Source: Selaginella moellendorffii
Taxonomy: Eukaryota; Plantae; Lycopodiophyta
DNA: 15,550 nt
Assembly: GCF_000143415.4 (NCBI RefSeq)
Contig: NW_003314525.1
Location: 1 to 15,550 of the forward strand
Direction: 5' to 3'
In this document: piece after piece, positions 1 through 8,541 of the stretch
Position numbering within the stretch: the stretch's first letter is position 1
Layout of the letters: every line of letters begins with the position of its first letter
Program-made: the position numbers and the translations under genes
Notes under the pieces: model-generated
Told to the model about the DNA's origin: nothing
The model's database searches: none
The model's input: only the letters and a program-made list of their open reading frames with translations

Positions 1-160
1 AAAGAAAAAGATAGTTAAAATTTAATTTTTTTGTTCCAGCAACACCGAAATCTTTTTTCTTTATAACAGCCTTCATTAATATTAAAACTTAATAATAATA
101 GAATCATTACAAAGTGCAAACCAACAATAATTTTACCTTAATTTTTTAATATATTATTTT

Positions 161-779
161 TTAAATCAGTTCAGTTCTAAGAGATGGTAGAGGGCAAAAG
201 AACAAGGAGCCAAATACATTCCTCAAAAGGTAGTTTAACTGCAGAAAAGAAGTATGTAAATAACCATCTTTATTCTTACAACTTGCTGCAAGGATTGAAC
301 CATGTAGCTCAATAGAATCTATATCGCAAGAGTCAGTGTAATCACTTCCTCTATTTAGCCTTCCAAATTCGTTACTTATACCATTATTAGTATCCACCAT
401 TACATTCCCATATCCACCATCCCCAGAATCACATTTTGCTCCAACCATCACAATTTTTAAAGCTTTATAAATATATAAACGGATATTAGTACAAGTTGCT
501 TGAAATCTCCCACATATAAACTGGAACATGTCACAAAAGTTTTATAAATGAAAGTAATAGAAGTAAAACATGACTTACATCTGGTATTTCATCTATGCTT
601 TTAGAAATGTCACTTACATTCATCCATAATATGGTCTTATTCGTGCTCACAAAAGGATTTATAGCATTATTAAGGGTGTTATTATTAGATTTTGCATTTT
701 CCAACCCATATGTATAAGTACATGTGATTAGCAAGAGGATCAGTTGCACTGTAAAATTGATTTGCACAACCAAAGCCAT
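161..779 (-). CDS. Secreted cyanovirin-N homolog (CVNH) lectin, two exons: 779..579 (or 779..618) joined to 520..161; 186 or 173 aa
   Basis: Exon 2 (FICGRFQATCTNIRL...VGAKCDSGDGGYGNVMVDTNNGISNEFGRL-NRGSDYTDSCDIDSIELHGSILAASCKNKDGYLHTSFLQLNYLLRNVFGSLFFC) shows the two-repeat cyanovirin-N pattern (F/Y..T/SC...L.A.C...G....S..dLN..i.N..G.L) with 6 Cys. Exon 1 (ORF 531..779) begins with a hydrophobic signal-peptide-like stretch (VQLILLLITCTYTYG). Phase-0 GTAAGT donors at 578 and 617 both fit the phase-0 TTCCAG acceptor at 521. Stop TAA at 163-161. Confidence 0.88.
521..578 (-). other. Predicted spliceosomal intron of the CVNH gene (58 nt; alternative donor at 617 gives 97 nt)
   Basis: Minus strand GAT|GTAAGTCATGTTTTAC...GACATGTTCCAG|TTT. 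It is T-rich, contains the stop of ORF 531..779, and its removal fuses the two ORFs in frame. Confidence 0.7.
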
Positions 780-930
780 AGATTTTTAGAAAATCTATAT
801 AATCAAAATTTATATGTGAATTGAGCTTATTTCAAAGTACCATAGGAAGTTCCAACACCACCTTGTACAAAATATAATATATAAACAATACTATATTATA
901 TTTGTGCTTGGTAACTTCCTATCTCTGTTC

Positions 931-950
931 TATATATATTTATATAAAAT
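931..950 (-). promoter_or_regulatory. Possible TATA box of the CVNH gene
   Basis: Minus-strand TATATAAATATATATA about 150-170 nt upstream of the ATG at 779. The region is very AT-rich, so specificity is low. Confidence 0.3.
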
Positions 951-1865
951 AAAATATATAATAATTTATATAAATACTGTTTTTTTATTTCTTAGCAACA
1001 GCAACCTACTATTACTAAGTATTTAATATATTTTTAATGTAAAGAATAAAATAATAGATGACTTATGACTGCCAAGTATAAATCAAACTAAGTAGTTTAA
1101 TAATACCCTAAAACATGCTCACACTATTATTTTTCCCTCCCATTGCAATCATAAACTGCTTGCCATTTGCCATTTGGGAGGTATGCCTAGGCATACTGTG
1201 GCCTAGACAAAAATTTAGCACGCTTTCAAAACATATATTAAAAAAGCATATGTGTATAACATACATGTGTGACTTACAAAATAATATTTTGAGCATTTCT
1301 TTTTTTATGCATGGCATGTATTGGTGCTTACCACATATGTATGGTAAATTCCAAATTAGTGCCATGTGTATGATTTTTTGCACTATATCCCCATAGTTAG
1401 ATTTTTTTAACATGTTAATAGCAAGGTTTACAATTTTTAGTATGTGAGTTAGATTTTTAGTGCCTTTTCAATGCCATAGGGTTATCATTACATATTTAAG
1501 GCACTCCCCTTGGTAAGAGTAATGAAAAATACTTTGCAAGTGACTGGTTTTACAATGAATAAAGAAATTTTTGCATAGATGAGTGTTAAATTGAGGGAAG
1601 GTTACAGAATGAAGGTGTAAGACACAAATCTTTAAACCCTAAAGTGAAGCTGAAAGTGTGCCACATGGCAATGGTTGAAGTGGAAGTCTAATGAGTGCAA
1701 CACATTTAGACTAAAAGCTTCGACTTGAAAAATTGAGAATAAACGTGAAATTCTAAAAGAAGCACTTGAGGAATGAGTACAAAGTGATTGATAAATAAGT
1801 CTTTAGAAAGGGACACAAGAAAGATTAACATATAGCAAATGTTATGACACATGGCAATGTTATAA

Positions 1866-1989
1866 TTGAGTCTGAGAAGGAGTTTGAGACTGAGTCCATG
1901 ATTAAGTTCGAGACTGAGGCTAAGATCAAGGTTGAGATCGAGAATGAGCCCAACATTGAGAACGAGAACAAGACTGAGACCAAGTCTGA
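1866..1989 (+). repeat. Degenerate 6-bp periodic array (GAGACC/GAGTCC-like) in the family-B LTR
   Basis: gagtct gagaag gagttt gagact gagtcc ...; same unit as the arrays at 6170-6427, 9295-9390 and 12631-12879 on the opposite strand. Confidence 0.75.
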
Positions 1990-2403
1990 ATATTTATACA
2001 AGTTTAGAAGTGAAAGCCCAAAGAGATTGTCCCCCGGGGGAAAGGGGGTTCCAAAAGTATAGTAGGGAGAGTGTGGGGGTTGGACTCTAATGGAAATAAT
2101 TTGGCTAAGAAATGCTAGTGTGACCCAGAAAGGTTATATTCACATGGTGGGTGATAATATAACCATAGATGAATTTAAAGCTAAAGTGAATATGAACAAT
2201 AAATAAAGTAGTTTGGTGAAGTGTTTAAGAGTTGGCTTTAATTCCCTCAGGAGATCGAATAGTCAATGCTCTCAATCCAAGTGTGGGTGGCACTATCTAT
2301 TTGGATACCTTTTGGCTCATTGAAACCTCGCTCTAGCTATATGGCTAAAGCAGCCAAGGGCAGAAGCTAGGGAAAGTACCTACAAGACTCACATATGGCT
2401 ATA

Positions 2404-2597
2404 TGTAAACTTTTGAATTTAAACTTCTCGAGATGTCACCTAACCCAATATTATTCAAACCCAATAATGTTTAACCTTAAGTATCCCAATACCCTTAATT
2501 GATTGGAAAAGGGGGTGCACTTTTATTCATGGGCCTTTTCCCTCTATATTTAAACCTTATGGATTGTCTCTTAAATCGTTCTCTTTAATTATTTACA
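2404..2597 (-). mobile_element. Solo LTR of a Cassandra-like TRIM nested in the family-B LTR
   Basis: 194 bp, TGTAAA...TTTACA. Reverse-complement match to 3772-3965 and 4170-4362, with the 5S-like segment at about 2421-2478. It is absent from the homologous family-B copy (empty site near 15335-15345). Degenerate 5-bp TSD CTATA/TTATT versus CCATG at the empty site. Confidence 0.8.
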
Positions 2598-3890
2598 TTA
2601 TTATGTTTCAAAATGTCATCCCAAAGTCTTGGATTATGGAAAGGAAGATAATCAGTCCTCTTGTGTAACAATCAAAAGCATAGTCATATGGTAAGGAGGT
2701 TTTAAAGATTAGTGGGACTTGGTGGTCAGGCTTGTGAGCCTTGACTCAATGGCGGTGTTGGCAAGCATTGCTGTGAATAGAGTGGGACTTAGTGGGGACC
2801 AAAGAAAGGATATTGGGGAAGGGTGTTTTTTATGTTTCTGGGTATCCTTAAAATGTAAGATGTGGTCATAGAATGACCATTCATGGATAGATGGCCCAGT
2901 CTTTGAGAGATAGGACTATGGTATGGGTGGTTTTAGACTACAAATGAGTTAAAGGCGGATAAACATAATCTTAGCGTAACAGATTAATATGTCAATAGTA
3001 CTTTATGGGTGTTTGTTATAGGATTGAACATATAGAGCACTTGGACCAAGTGTAATGGTTGAATGGCATAGATGCCATTCACGAGGATAGTATATTCCTA
3101 AGTCAAGAATAGAACTTATGGAGGTTGTGAATAAGACTCTTCCAAATGGTTAAAGATGTGGTTAAGTGACTAAAGTAAAATAGAAAATTTAGTCACTTAC
3201 AAAGGGATCTTGCCTCCTTATTTAGTCAAAAGATATTGTTGCACTAAATATTAACAAAGTGTACCAAAACTCAACTTTAGTCCTTCTTTATGAGGTATAT
3301 ATGCAAAGTTTTTCTATTGTCAATACAATAGGAGGTTTTCTTTTTTTAGAGCTAGTATGCATCCATAATTGCACATATGAAAACAATATAGAAGACATTG
3401 AGTTTGACTAGAAGGTCATGCACCTTGCACTCATGTTAGAGGTTAGACACATATCCCATAGCACCCTTCCTACATATGTGTATTTAAAACTTACCATTAT
3501 ATTCCTAAGATTGCTTGTGCAACAAAGAGAGGTATGTCAAATGTTACTTGAGGCCTTAGATAGGCCATGATATATTATATCCTAAATATATTATTAATTT
3601 ATCATCATGTTTATCAAAATTGTTATCACGCAAAGTTCACAACTTATAAAGTGTTTTCCTAGAAACCACTAGCAAAAGTGTTCTCATCTAGACTCTGTTA
3701 TATTATGCCTAAATTACTCCAATACTTGCTATGTAAAACTCAATGCTCACCAAAGAGAAGTGACTACTCCATGTAAGCAACTAAAGAAAACGACTCGAAA
3801 AATGGTCTATGGAGTTTAAATATAAAGGAAAAGGGTCTATGAATAAGAATGCAACCCTTCTTTTAATCGGTTAAAGGTCTTGGGATACTT

Positions 3891-3947
3891 AAGGTTAAAC
3901 ATCCTTGGGTTTGAATAGTATTGGGCTGGATGGCTTCCTGGGAAGTT
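3891..3947 (+). promoter_or_regulatory. 5S rRNA-derived segment in the 5' TRIM LTR
   Basis: AAGGTTAAACATCCTTGGGTTTGAATAGTATTGGGCTGGATGGCTTCCTGGGAAGT; homologous to 4289-4345. Confidence 0.75.
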
Positions 3948-4288
3948 TAAATTCAGAAGTTTATATTTAATATCAAAAAGGTCTCAGGTCTGACTCTGTT
4001 AGTTGGCTAGGGGAATCGCACCACATGTTAATTGACATCCGCAAGTCTAATTTGCTCTAGCTAGGCTTAACCTAAGAGATAGGGTGTCAAGAGAGTGGAG
4101 CTCTCAAGAGAGCTGTAGCTCTCAGCTTCCATTCACGAGGGCGTGAACTTGCAAGAAAGCATGGTGGATTGTCAACAACTAAAGAGAACGACTCGAGACA
4201 TAATCCATGGGGTTCAAATATAAAGGGAAAGGGCCTATGAATAAGAGTGCACCCCCTTTTCCAATTAGTTAAAGTTTTTGGAATACTT

Positions 4289-4345
4289 GAGGTTAGTGTT
4301 CTTGGGTTTAAATAATACTGGGCTAGGTGACCTCTTGGGAAGTCC
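4289..4345 (+). promoter_or_regulatory. 5S rRNA-derived internal control region (A box/IE/C box-like) in the 3' TRIM LTR
   Basis: GAGGTTAGTGTTCTTGGGTTTAAATAATACTGGGCTAGGTGACCTCTTGGGAAGTCC aligns with plant 5S rRNA AGTTAAGCGTGCTTGGGCGAGAGTAGTACTAGGATGGGTGACCTCCTGGGAAGTCC (consensus recalled, not searched). Confidence 0.8.
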
Positions 4346-5390
4346 AAATTCATGAGCTTACACTCTATTGCATACCTCAGCTTGTGCACAAACTACTTTG
4401 TGTCATATTAGTTTTCCTCAACTTCTAAACTCAAGGAGTAAGTTGCCGCCTTTGGGAAGGTGTGGCTCTACATTTATTGTTTGTGATGCTTAGCCATACT
4501 TATGATGAAAGATTGGAATAGTAACTTGCTACCCAACACCAAAGAATTTTGTCTTGTTGCAAAGCAATAGAGCATGGGCAACTCTAGGGTTATCATTGTT
4601 ATCACCGTAGCCTCAAAGTAAGCTCTCACCTCTGTAGGGATATCCTAGATATAAGCACATAGCCACTCTTGGTTAGTAAAACATTTATCTCTGCCACCGA
4701 ATATCACAAATATGATTGTGGGTATTAAAAGTTATTTGTCAGTGAGTCTTTTTAGATATTTTACCATGAGAGCAAAAAGTTGATATCATTAGACCCTTTA
4801 TTAATCTCTACCCAAGTTAGCTGAGAAACTAGTCATCACATGTGCACTTAAACTAGAAGGGCACTAAAGAAGGAAATCTTAAGTTGTCATTAAGTCAAGC
4901 ATATATAATATAGTGATGAAAAATTTATGTCAGTGGCTTGCACTTGCTAATGTTGGGAATTCTTGCAATATTAAGCTTAGTCCTTTAATATTCATTATAT
5001 GATAGCTTACCATGCTTGCCAAGACACTTTTGCTATCATTCTTCATATGTTAGTCCCATTTAATCCTAATGACTATTAAAAGTGTTTAGATATGTTAATT
5101 ATGCATATCTATGAAATGTGGAGACTGTTTTGAACATGATGGTGTTATTTCCACATTAAAATTCATAATCTAGCATCATTCTATATTTAGTAAGTTTTTG
5201 TAATTGTGCCAAAGACAAACCTAAGACTAGGGTAAAGCCCAAAGCACGTATTTCTCCATATAGAGGGTTATAGGGGTGGTTAACCAACTTGAGGCCTAGT
5301 TTAACTCCTTACTTATATGTTTATCCTTGTTTTGTGTTTGGCTTGAGTTTAAACCCAAGCTTTATACCATACTCATGTTAAGCCACTAAT

Positions 5391-6511
5391 TGTAAGCCAT
5401 AAATTTTTCCTTTCCAATTTGCCAACTTACTTTGTCTGTCCGACCAACACTGCTTTGGCTTTTGCTAAATTCTCTTGCTAAGGTTCCTACTTATTGTACC
5501 AGCTCCTACTTGGTCTTACTTGGTTTCAACTACTTACTGCACGAGCAATGGAGCGTTAACCATCTATCTACGGATTCCCAAAACTCTTCCAATCCTTCTC
5601 CCCAGGTTAGACTGGACTTAAGGTTCAGTTACATTCCCCGTAGGCACAAGCAGCCAAGCACACGAAACCTCTAAGTTCTTAACATCCCTTGGTACAACAA
5701 GACTTGATAATAGGACCCTTTAAATCCCAAGCCTTGGGTGCAACACTTGCTTTGGGACACCGGGGCAAAACACTGTGGCCTAACGGCCTGATATGGGTAC
5801 CTGTACCCCTCATTTCCATCATGAAAGGAAGGCCCAAGCCCTTAGGAAGGGTGAGAACCAATGAGCCGCAAGGTACTCAAGTGGGGCATCACTCTATATG
5901 AGTCGGGAGCACCGTAGTCGGTTTCCCTTTCGGGAGTGGGAGCTGCACTTCCTTGGGTGGCCCTTCCAGCACCACTCGAGTCCATGCTCACTCTCACTCA
6001 AGGCCCCTCGGTCTCAGTCTCAACCTCAAGTCAATTTGGAAGCACCACTAGAGAGTTCTTTCAAAACTAGTTCCTGGACCTCACTATCCATATTATACTT
6101 TTGGAACCCCCTGCAGCCCCCCTCCCCTGGGAGACACACGCTTTGGGCTTTCACCCTCTGTATTAGTACTCGGACTCGGTCTCGGACTTGATCTCGGACT
6201 TGACTTTAGACTCAGTCTCGGACTCGATCTCAGACTTGACCTCGGACCCGATCTCAGACTCGATTTCAGACTCGACCTCAGACTCGGTCTCGGACCCGAT
6301 CTCAGATCTTGGACTCAGTCTCGAAATCAATCTCAAACTCGGTCTTGGAGTCGGCCTCGGACTCGATCCTGGACTCTATCTCGAACTTGGTATCAGAGTT
6401 GGTCTTGGACTCGATCTCGGACTCGGTCCCATCCGATGAACTCTTTATCATTTCGGTTGTGCTTTCGGGGATTCTTTAGCCTACGATACCTTGAGGAGTT
6501 GGTTCCTTACA
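5391..6511 (-). repeat. Family-A LTR, left copy (1121 bp); bounded by CTAAT/CTAGT like a solo LTR
   Basis: Colinear with 11842-12967. Hand count about 26 differences in the first 200 bp, nearly all transitions. No polypurine tract adjacent to 6511. Confidence 0.92.
6170..6427. repeat. 6-bp periodic tandem array (CTCGGA/CTCGGT/CTCGAT) in the left family-A LTR
   Basis: ctcgga ctcggt ctcgga cttgat ctcgga ... directly visible; source of the SDSISD/LGLGL low-complexity ORFs. Confidence 0.9.
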
Positions 6512-7400
6512 CTAGTATGCTGAAATTGCACTAAACTCCATTTATCTCCATATTGAATGCTTTAGGATTGTTCTAATATCATTTTGTGCTCCTATCCTTT
6601 TGTTCCTTGGGCTATTCATATAAGAGTTGCTCCATGCTCTAATTCCTTCACTCTTCAGTTACATGCTTGAGAATTTGGCTTTGTCTCTTCGTTCAATGGC
6701 TTAAAGCTTTAAAACTTGGGTTTTGCTTCACTACCTTTGTTGTGGTTACCCTATGATAAATCATTATAAGGTAAAGGGTAAAAAACAAATTTGCTATCAG
6801 AGGATATGTCTCAGTAAGTACTATCCAATAAGATTGGAAATCTAATTTTTTCATTGTATATGTAGAGATAAAAACAATAATTTGAGTGGGTACATATTTG
6901 GCTTTGCATACATCTCTTGGGTATAGATTTTGGTTACTATTTTTTACTATATTGTATGAGCTTGCACTTGGGCTCATAGGATAGATTGAGATGTACTATT
7001 TATACAATTTTACGCTTGGGCTCATGAGTGAGGCATATTAGCAACTTAAAGTTATGCTTTGAGTTTGCAAGATTAATACTAACCTATTATTAGTTCTATG
7101 AGTTATTCTATATACTCTAGGTAAATGTAAATCTTCCCTAGGTTTGCTAAGAATGGCAAATAGGTTGATCCATAGTTGTTTAGTATAGCACTAATGGATC
7201 CTTCCTAGGCATGATTACAAATGGATCAATTAAAACTGGATTAACCTTACTATTACCTTTTAAATAGCTTGGTATTGAATTAATTTTGAGTTTGGTTGGA
7301 AAGAGAGTGATATGAGTTTGTATATATTGTGAATGAAGTTGGTGGTATTAAATGTTCTAAATCTCCATCAGTAGAATGTAGCATTATATTATATTTTGTC
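6512..7400 (+). repeat. Direct duplication of outer flank, copy 1 (889 bp)
   Basis: Matches 12968-13886 from CTAGTATGCTGAAATTGCA to TTATATTTTGTC, with one indel of about 30 bp. About 8 differences in the distal 620 bp by hand count. Confidence 0.95.
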
Positions 7401-7645
7401 CCTATACCCCTCATCTCACCATGCCCTAGTATGGGGTCGGGACTTGAACTCAACCTTGCTTTACTAGGGGGTTGGGACTCGAACCTAACCTCTGTAGAAT
7501 ATGTCTACGGATTCGACATCCCCGTGGGGAGTCGGGTGTAATTTCTTACGCTTGGTCGACCTAGCTAACCCATGTTAATTAGCTTACCTTCAGCGCGCCT
7601 TCGGGTCCCAACATATGCTATTGGTCAACTTCACAAATTGATACT

Positions 7646-8541
7646 TTAATTGAACTTTGCATAAGTACATAGAATTCTGCCTTGTAAAAATTCCTCCACT
7701 ATATCTCACGCGTTCGCTAGGTTCTCTTTTGGTTCCTATATTGCTTCGCAATGTGAAAATCCTTTCCACTTCACATGGAACTCTCTCACCTTGCATCCTT
7801 GTCGCTTGCTCTTGCACGCATTGATGATGGCCTCAACTTCGTATTCCTCCTCCCCTTGGATAACTTCAGGTAAAGGTCTTACTTGGTCCTTGCGAAGTGG
7901 ATCCTCAAAATACGACTTGAGTAAGTTCGTATAGAACATTGGGTGCATCTTCCCCATCTCTCAAGGAAGTCAGAGATGGTAAGCCACTTTACCGATTCGT
8001 GCCTTAATTTCGTAAGGCCCCGCGAACCTGCTTAAAGAACTCGAGATCAATTCATTTCCAGGAATACATGCATTTTTACCTTTGGGTCAACTTTCGGCTA
8101 ATCCCACTTGGTAGCCTAAGGTTCTTGGTGTTCAGCCACACCTTCTCCCAAGCTTGGAACTCTACATCCCAGCGTTTCTGGTTCGCGTACTTGGTTTGTC
8201 TTTGTTAAGCCCGTTCCAAGGAATCCCTCATTAGATTCCAAATGTTGAGTCTTTCCGCCGTGAATGCCTCCACTGCAGGTAACTCTTCATGGTACTCGGC
8301 CACGCCAAATTCCACAGGACCTTCAATAGCTCGCCCATTGATGACTTCCTATGGACTCACCCCAATACTCAAATGTGGTGAGTTGTTATAACACATTTCT
8401 ACAAGTCCCAAATGACTTACCCAATCAGTCTGGTCTCCTAAGACATAGCATCGCAAATAATCCTCCAGCTGTATATTCATCCTTTCCGTTTGTCCGTCTG
8501 TCAAGAAGTGTTAGTGCCATCAAACTTAACTTAATACTACA
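7646..8541 (-). pseudogene. Integrase C-terminal part (core end, GPY/F motif) plus chromodomain
   Basis: TDGQTERMNIQLEDYLRCYV..DQTDWVSHL..VEMCYNNSPH..IGVSP; KYANQKRWDVEFQAWEKVWL..SRKLTQR|FAGPYEIKARIGKVAYHL*LP*EMGKMHPMFYTNLLKSY; EEEYEVEAIIN..REFHVKWKGFSHCEAI*EPKENLANA. Several premature stops are consistent with C>T/G>A decay. Confidence 0.92.
8028..8079 (-). other. 52-nt GT..AG intron-like insertion inside integrase
   Basis: CAAAG|GTAAAAATGCATG...TTCTTTAAGCAG|GTTCGCG. Removal restores Q-R-F-A-G-P-Y in frame. The insertion itself is clear; whether it is spliced is untested. Confidence 0.6.

Larger units (their letters stand above)
1616..3201 (+). mobile_element. Decayed solo LTR, 'family B' (about 1.4 kb without the nested insert)
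   Basis: Termini TGTAAG (1616) and CTTACA (3201) form a perfect 6-bp inverted repeat. Flanks GAAGG/AAGGG differ by two transitions (putative TSD). 1616-2265 aligns to the reverse complement of 9040-10045 and 2185-2890 to the reverse complement of 15055-15550. The 3' end resembles the family-A LTR end. No PBS follows. Confidence 0.75.
3772..4362 (+). mobile_element. Complete but decayed Cassandra-like TRIM (591 bp): LTR 3772-3965, PBS about 3968-3978, PPT about 4153-4168, LTR 4170-4362
   Basis: Two direct repeats of about 194 bp. Outer termini TGTAAGC...GCTTACA. TSD CTCCA (3767-3771) / CTCTA (4363-4367). TAATATCAAAA after the 5' LTR is a G>A-decayed TGGTATCAGAG (tRNA-iMet PBS). Purine-rich AAGAAAGCATGGTGGA precedes the 3' LTR. 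No coding capacity. Both LTRs carry a 5S rRNA-like segment, the defining feature of Cassandra. Confidence 0.88.

Noticed and set aside
1098-1490. Possible MITE with imperfect TIRs (TAATAATACCCTAAAACAT / ATGCCATAGGGTTATCATTA) and ORFs 1108-1413 and 1115-1396
   Set aside because: The TIR match is weak in AT-rich DNA, there is no clear TSD or second copy, and the ORFs have no recognisable features.
4289-4345. Functional 5S rRNA gene
   Set aside because: Only about 57 nt of the internal region matches, it is degenerate, and it is embedded in TRIM LTRs.
6693-6977. Duplicated ORF MSPSASSYNIV... (also 13206-13463) as a conserved small gene
   Set aside because: The two copies match only because the DNA is a recent duplicate; the C-termini differ through an indel and there is no recognisable domain.
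5391-7400. A single 2-kb LTR (LTR plus X)
   Set aside because: The distal end lacks a TG/CA terminus and a matching TSD, whereas the 1.12-kb unit has perfect TGTAAG/CTTACA ends and CTAAT/CTAGT flanks. A purine-rich minus-strand tract at 7400-7420 keeps this from being fully excluded.
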